A stretch of DNA of 55,848 nt, the filler included, from Platydemus manokwari (lineage: Eukaryota), in NCBI GenBank assembly GCA_037951405.1. It is 5 parts of 5 records of this genome, joined end to end, with 100 filler letters (N's around TTAATTAATTAA, not from the genome) between each part and the next. Parts side by side here need not be neighbours in the genome. Positions count along the whole stretch, not along the records: positions 45,802 to 55,848 come from JBBMOY011175100.1; 4 more parts are not named here. One strand, 5' to 3'. The notes under the pieces are model-generated. The model searched no databases. It was not told the origin of the DNA and was given only the letters and a program-made list of their open reading frames with translations. Positions 50,201-55,848 of the stretch are shown piece after piece. A program made the translations under genes and the position numbers. Position 1 is the first letter of the stretch. Every line of letters begins with the position of its first letter.

Positions 50201-53200
50201 TGGATCATTACGTCTCTATCCTAAACCATCATTAACACAACTACTTAACTTACAATAATCATCATTTTGGGGCTCTGTTGTCATCTATCATTCTCACTAT
50301 TTTTATCATTTTCACTATCATTCCTAATTAACATCAATCACCTCATCATTCATTTGTCGCATAGTTAACTCTAAATTACCGATCTTTGCTTTATCTAATC
50401 AGACTTACTCCCCTTGTCTTCGAACTTGGCAAACCTTACCTACTCATGACTCAATATTTATCTCCTATTCCTCCTCCTGGGCGGTATTGATTATTACCAT
50501 AACTAACCATATAATTCTGTAAATATTTCAATTATTCTCCTGGACGGATCAGATTACGATTTTTCAACAATGAAAGTGAGCATTTCTCCATGTTGAGTAC
50601 GATTCTGAGACCCGAAAGACAAACGATATCAAATTGTCCTGCTGCTCAGCCAATCGAATTTTCAACAACCCGACCTGGGTGATTGCGGACATATGGTGCA
50701 GATCAGTCCACCAAATAAGGAAATGGGTGCCTATTAATAAATATTTGTATGACTAGAAAAACATTTTGATTTTTCTTGTGTTCCTCGGCCAAGCCTTACT
50801 TTTGCTGTATGTATTTCATATTTATATTTTTATAAATTTAATTTCAAATTATTTTAGCAGCGGCTTAAAAAATGTATTTTTATTTGAATTGATTTTGGAA
50901 AGCTTCGTATCAATAACAAAAACGTTTAGATCCTCTACTTAGTTTTCAAGGTTAAAATGAAATTCAATATTGTCAATAGAACAAAATATCGGCAGTATTC
51001 AAATAAATAATATTCTAAATTTGTCTTGCTGAGAACTCGTTAATATTTTAATTCAATATACCTTTTGAATTCCAAACTTGAAAATAATTTAATGAAGTCC
51101 ATTTTAAAATAAAATAAAAATATACTGCAGTTAAATTTTTGAAGAAAGTCAGATATTAAAAATATAATTTTAAAATGAATAAAAATATTTATTTATAAAT
51201 TGTCTATTTAAAGTCTTAAAACTTTTGTTTTTATAGATTAATATTTAATGATTTATTTCCCCAGAACTCAAATCGTACATATATACAATCAATAAATAAT
51301 AATGACATTTCGGATAATAGATAAAATTAAAAATCAAAATGTAGTAAATGGAACAATTTATCAGCAAAAATCAAGGGCTATCGAGTACAAATAAGTGCGA
51401 CTGAACTCGAGTGGTAAGAGAATATGCTAGAACATAATTATTTCTCAACTAATGAACGATATATAATTAACGGGCCATTTCAATTATGTATGCATCTAAA
51501 ATTCCAGAAAAATTTTATAGAAAATTTTTCACTTCATTATGGCTTGGTTTGTTGTATATTTTCGGATATTACAAAAAATCTATATTGTTGTAAATTTTTT
51601 GGTTTGTTTGAAAGCGATGTGTTTTTGATGTGAGTTTTAAAATTTCTTTAAACTTATGAAAATGTCGTTTCATGGGAAACTTTATGGAAAATAGAAGCCA
51701 TTGTAAAATGTAGAGAGATAGTATTGATGACCAAGACAAACGTCTTTAGATTACAAAGTGGAATTTGATCATTTGAACGAAGTTTCTCAAGTAGCACATT
51801 TTATTTTTTGTAATAAACCAAGTGATAAAGCAAGAAATTTGAAATAGTCTTTTTTCGACAGATTTCAAATGAGATCATGATAATTGATTTAATTTGGAAA
51901 TAATTCTTATCGTTAATTTTAACGAGACAAAGATAAATATGTCAAATGATGATTGGAATAAATTGCGATAGAAAAATATTATAATATTGGAAATAAAATT
52001 ATATTTCTAAATATTTTTCTGTAATAATAATTATCTCATTCAAATTATAATAATTATTCTAAATAATAATAATAATCATACTTGTAAAAATATTTAAAAC
52101 GACGTAATTAATATGTTGATATGAAATTAGAACTGGTTCTTACAGCTAGTAGATGATTGAAAACCAAGTTGACTCTTATGGAATTCAGTTCCTTTAATAA
52201 ACGAATTATTAAATTACGAATTTGATATTTTATCTCATAATAATGAGTAGAAAGTACTTCGAAACGGGATATCAGTAGACTAATTAGAAATTGTTGCAGT
52301 TAATATGACAATGACGCATTTTTAGTGGATTCTAAGAAGACCAGTACCAGAAAAATATAGGAGATAAATTTATAGATGATGTAGAATATATAGAGAATGA
52401 ATACTTATTTATATGGCGAGAAATATATAGATTTTGATTCCAAAGAATATAAAGATTATTTCTAGAATTTCAGACTGATAAGTGAGAAAAGAAATAGAGA
52501 TAACGATAAGTTGGAAGAAAAGCAAAGAAAAGGAGAAACAATGATTTTAAAATCAAATAATTTTTTAAATATTTATAAAACACATTTAAATTACTTAAAA
52601 AGTGTTGCTGAGCCTACTTGTCCCATCGTGTTTATTAAGAAAAAAAACATAAACAAATCTGTTTGATTCGTTGGAAACACTCGTTAATCAAATAAAAGAG
52701 TAAAGATATCTTGTACTTTTATGGTCACTCAGTAAATTTTAAATAAATATGTCGCATGAAAAAATATCTGAGATGCCACGAGACAAAAAAAATTTCTTGA
52801 TATTTCAAGGTAATAAAGTTATTCAAGTATGTGAAATAAAAATTTATAATAATCATGGAAACCAAAGTTGAGATGTGTCAAATAACTTTATATTAAAATT
52901 TTAATATTTAAAATGTGTACGAAATGAGAGAAACTGAGTAGACAGTACGTATATTCTTTTTCTTTTGTGTGAAATTTATGATGGAAAATCATTTTTATTA
53001 ATTTTCTAGCTTATTTTATCAAAATATATTTTTATTATAATATTATCTGTTTTATGATACTATTTTTTGCATGGACTAACATAATGATAATATTACTAAT
53101 AATATATAATGATAATTGTTGGGTAAAGATGAAAAGGAAAGGAAAAACAATTTTGCATCTTAGAACCCTTATTTTAAGAATTTAAGCATGTGCATCCCTA

Positions 53201-55364
53201 TACAACCATACAGACATAGCAACCAGTATATTAACGAGGAATAAAACTGAAGATTTTAATTCGTAAAATTGGACATAACTACACAGTAATACACAGACAT
53301 AGGGATTGACCAATCCCGATCACACAGAATCGATAAATCCTAATGGAACTTGAGAAATAAAAGATGAAATCAAAACATGATACACAAATTACGCACAAAT
53401 ATCAAGTATAAATACTAATTTAAAGATGGTCTACTGCCAGTTAAAAGCTGAGTATTAAGACGTTGTTTCGTATTGATTTATGGAATATTTTGAAAAATTT
53501 TATAATTGTTTATGTACGTACTTATTAGTATAATTCAGAGAAATAAAATTGCAACATTCGATTATAATGACAATAATAATAAGAACTATGATAATTTTAT
53601 TCATAATAATAGAATGTTATCTGTTTCAACCGCTTAATAGGATTATAATATTAAGATAATTAATTTGATTTTCAAACAAATTTGAATAAATTAAGTCGGC
53701 TTAAATTAAGAAAAAGATTCCTTTGATCTAATTTTAATGTAATGATTTCCACTATATTATTTAATTCCAAAATTAATTTATAAATATATTTTTTCAGATT
53801 TTGACTTACAGTTTAATTTTAGATGAAAAAGAATAAAAGCAATGAAATTCTATCACATAAAGCAACACTCACAATTAAATATCAAATCAATGTTTTGAGA
53901 ATAAATATCTCAGTCATATGGATTCAAAAAACACTTATAATGATACACAATGATAATCGAAGTTTTAAAGGTATGACCTCCAATAAATTCTCAAAGCAAT
54001 TGATCAGGCCTCATCTATCATCAACTAAATATAAAGCAATACTTTAATTGTTAATTTTATATTTATATTGCATTGTTTCACTCCAGAATTGTCATACCCT
54101 AATTTTAAAATAGAAAGGAGAAGACATAAATAAATCATAAAATTTTATATTTAGCTTTATTTTTAAGGTCATTTGGTGAAAGTTTATATTTCAGTTGATA
54201 TTTCACAATTTATGATGTCGAATTATGAACTAAATAGAAATCGCTAAATCGAGTTCCTATTTTAATCGTAGCACTTCTATAGTAAGTTCTGAGTTTTTAA
54301 ATTTAATTTTTTAAGATTACCATTCGAGTTATAAAACTACTAATATGTTTAAAACAATTGTAAAAAATTAGTGTATCTCTCAATTTGCTTTTATTGTTAT
54401 AAAAGTGATTCTCGCTAATTTTGAATAAATTGCAATTTGACCTACTCTGACCCGTTTTTCAAATAATTTCAGTAATTTTAGTTTTTAATGACGATTATAA
54501 GAATTGATTTACTGGATTACTAGATAAATGATCAAAATATAAATTAAATTTGCTGATCTATCTTAGGTCATCGAATCAACCTGTTGAAGGAGTCAAGAAG
54601 ATTAAATAGACTTAATATTTGTGAAATTCATGCCTTAAAACTTCTATTCATAAAGAGATTCTACTAATCTACTAGTACGATCGCTATAAAACACGTGCCA
54701 TGACTCAAAATTCATAACAATAATGATAATTTAAATTCGATTTATTTCAATTAACGCATTATAAATAAATTAATGTGAATCTAACTAATGAGAATAACTG
54801 AGAGTTTGGCCGGTATCGTATTTCTTTATTGAGCATTTTTTCAACAGGTTCCACCAAAGCCTGGGGCAAAATAGAAGCGATTTGACTGAATTCTTTGTGC
54901 AACTAAATTAAGTGAAAAAATATAGAAAATAATTTCAATAAATAAATTATTAAATTATCCCGTTGTTTGTATGAATTATTATTTTTTAAATGTATCCATT
55001 AAAAGAAACCACTTTTATAAAACGAACAACAAATATCTGATGGCATATTTTTATCTTATTTACCAATAGAGAAATAAGTTATGGATAACGTTATTGTGTG
55101 AAGGGTTTATTATTGAATTTTGTCAACTTCATCACAATTTATTGGTCTATTTGATTAACATTTCATCTCATTATAGTCAATGTTAGCTGATATTAACAAA
55201 AGTGACTTATAAATTGTGGTTTGAACTTTTATTATTAACAGGAATTATTTAATACTTTTCAAATAACTGGGAAAAATATTCAAATTCGAAAAAAATTCAT
55301 TCAATGATGTTTATTTTGAACTATGATCCAATGTCTGTACTTGTTAAATTGCTTTATTTATTTA

Positions 55365-55520
55365 TATCTTTGTATATTCATTTAAGTTTATTTTGTTTTA
55401 ATTTTATTGTTTTAATTATTGTTTATTCATATTTATTTACAATTGTTTGTTTTATTTTATCTATTTATTTATTCATTTATTGATTATTTGTAATCAATTT
55501 ATTATTCATTTCTGAATCAT
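55365..55520. repeat. Degenerate (TTTA/TTTG/TTCA)n simple repeat
   Basis: Visible tetranucleotide low-complexity tract. Confidence 0.6.
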
Positions 55521-55848
55521 TTGATTGCTGGATATCGTTCGATAAATTCAATAGAAAATATATTTGAGCTAATAAAAAAAATTATGATTATGTTTTCTTT
55601 ATTTTCCAGCAGACAAACGGTGAAGTAATTACCTAATCATGTCTTTCTGAATGTTAATAGCAATTTTAATAATACCCTAACCAATGCCAAAAAGACGAAA
55701 TAACTCAATGACTTTAGAGATTGGCTTTAAATTGAAGATGTAAATATTATATTCAATTCGAATTCTAATTCAATATACTTAAGTAATCACCATTAATTCG
55801 ATTCAATCTTAATTTAAACTACTGTTTTTAATTTCTGTATTATATAAT

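Overview
AT-rich eukaryotic (metazoan) genomic DNA with many ~50-nt GT-AG introns. The style fits a freshwater planarian or other flatworm, but that is inference only. The window is five assembly pieces joined by artificial 100-nt spacers (N44-TTAATTAATTAA-N44), so synteny across the joins is unproven. Host genes: (1) a 5-exon, ~1334-aa protein with an N-terminal membrane anchor, a giant acidic region, one KH domain and an extended Tudor domain (AKAP1/spoonbill- or TDRKH/PAPI-like; minus strand, 1282-5527); (2) SEC61G; (3) an intronless 425-aa orphan ORF; (4) the 3' three exons of a GATAD2/p66 (NuRD) gene; (5) an intronless CFAP92/KIAA1257-like gene; (6) two exons of an unknown gene. Mobile DNA: a decayed Ty3/Gypsy element with a probable ~1-kb 3' LTR, an LTR-like fragment, and a decayed RLE-type (R2/NeSL-like) non-LTR element. 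The most striking feature is that the Gypsy element carries a chuvirus/herpes gB-like (class III) envelope glycoprotein remnant immediately UPSTREAM of protease-RT-RNaseH-integrase, with no gag in between. A second, unrelated signal-peptide-like decayed frame sits at the canonical env position after integrase. All homology calls are by eye; no searches were run.
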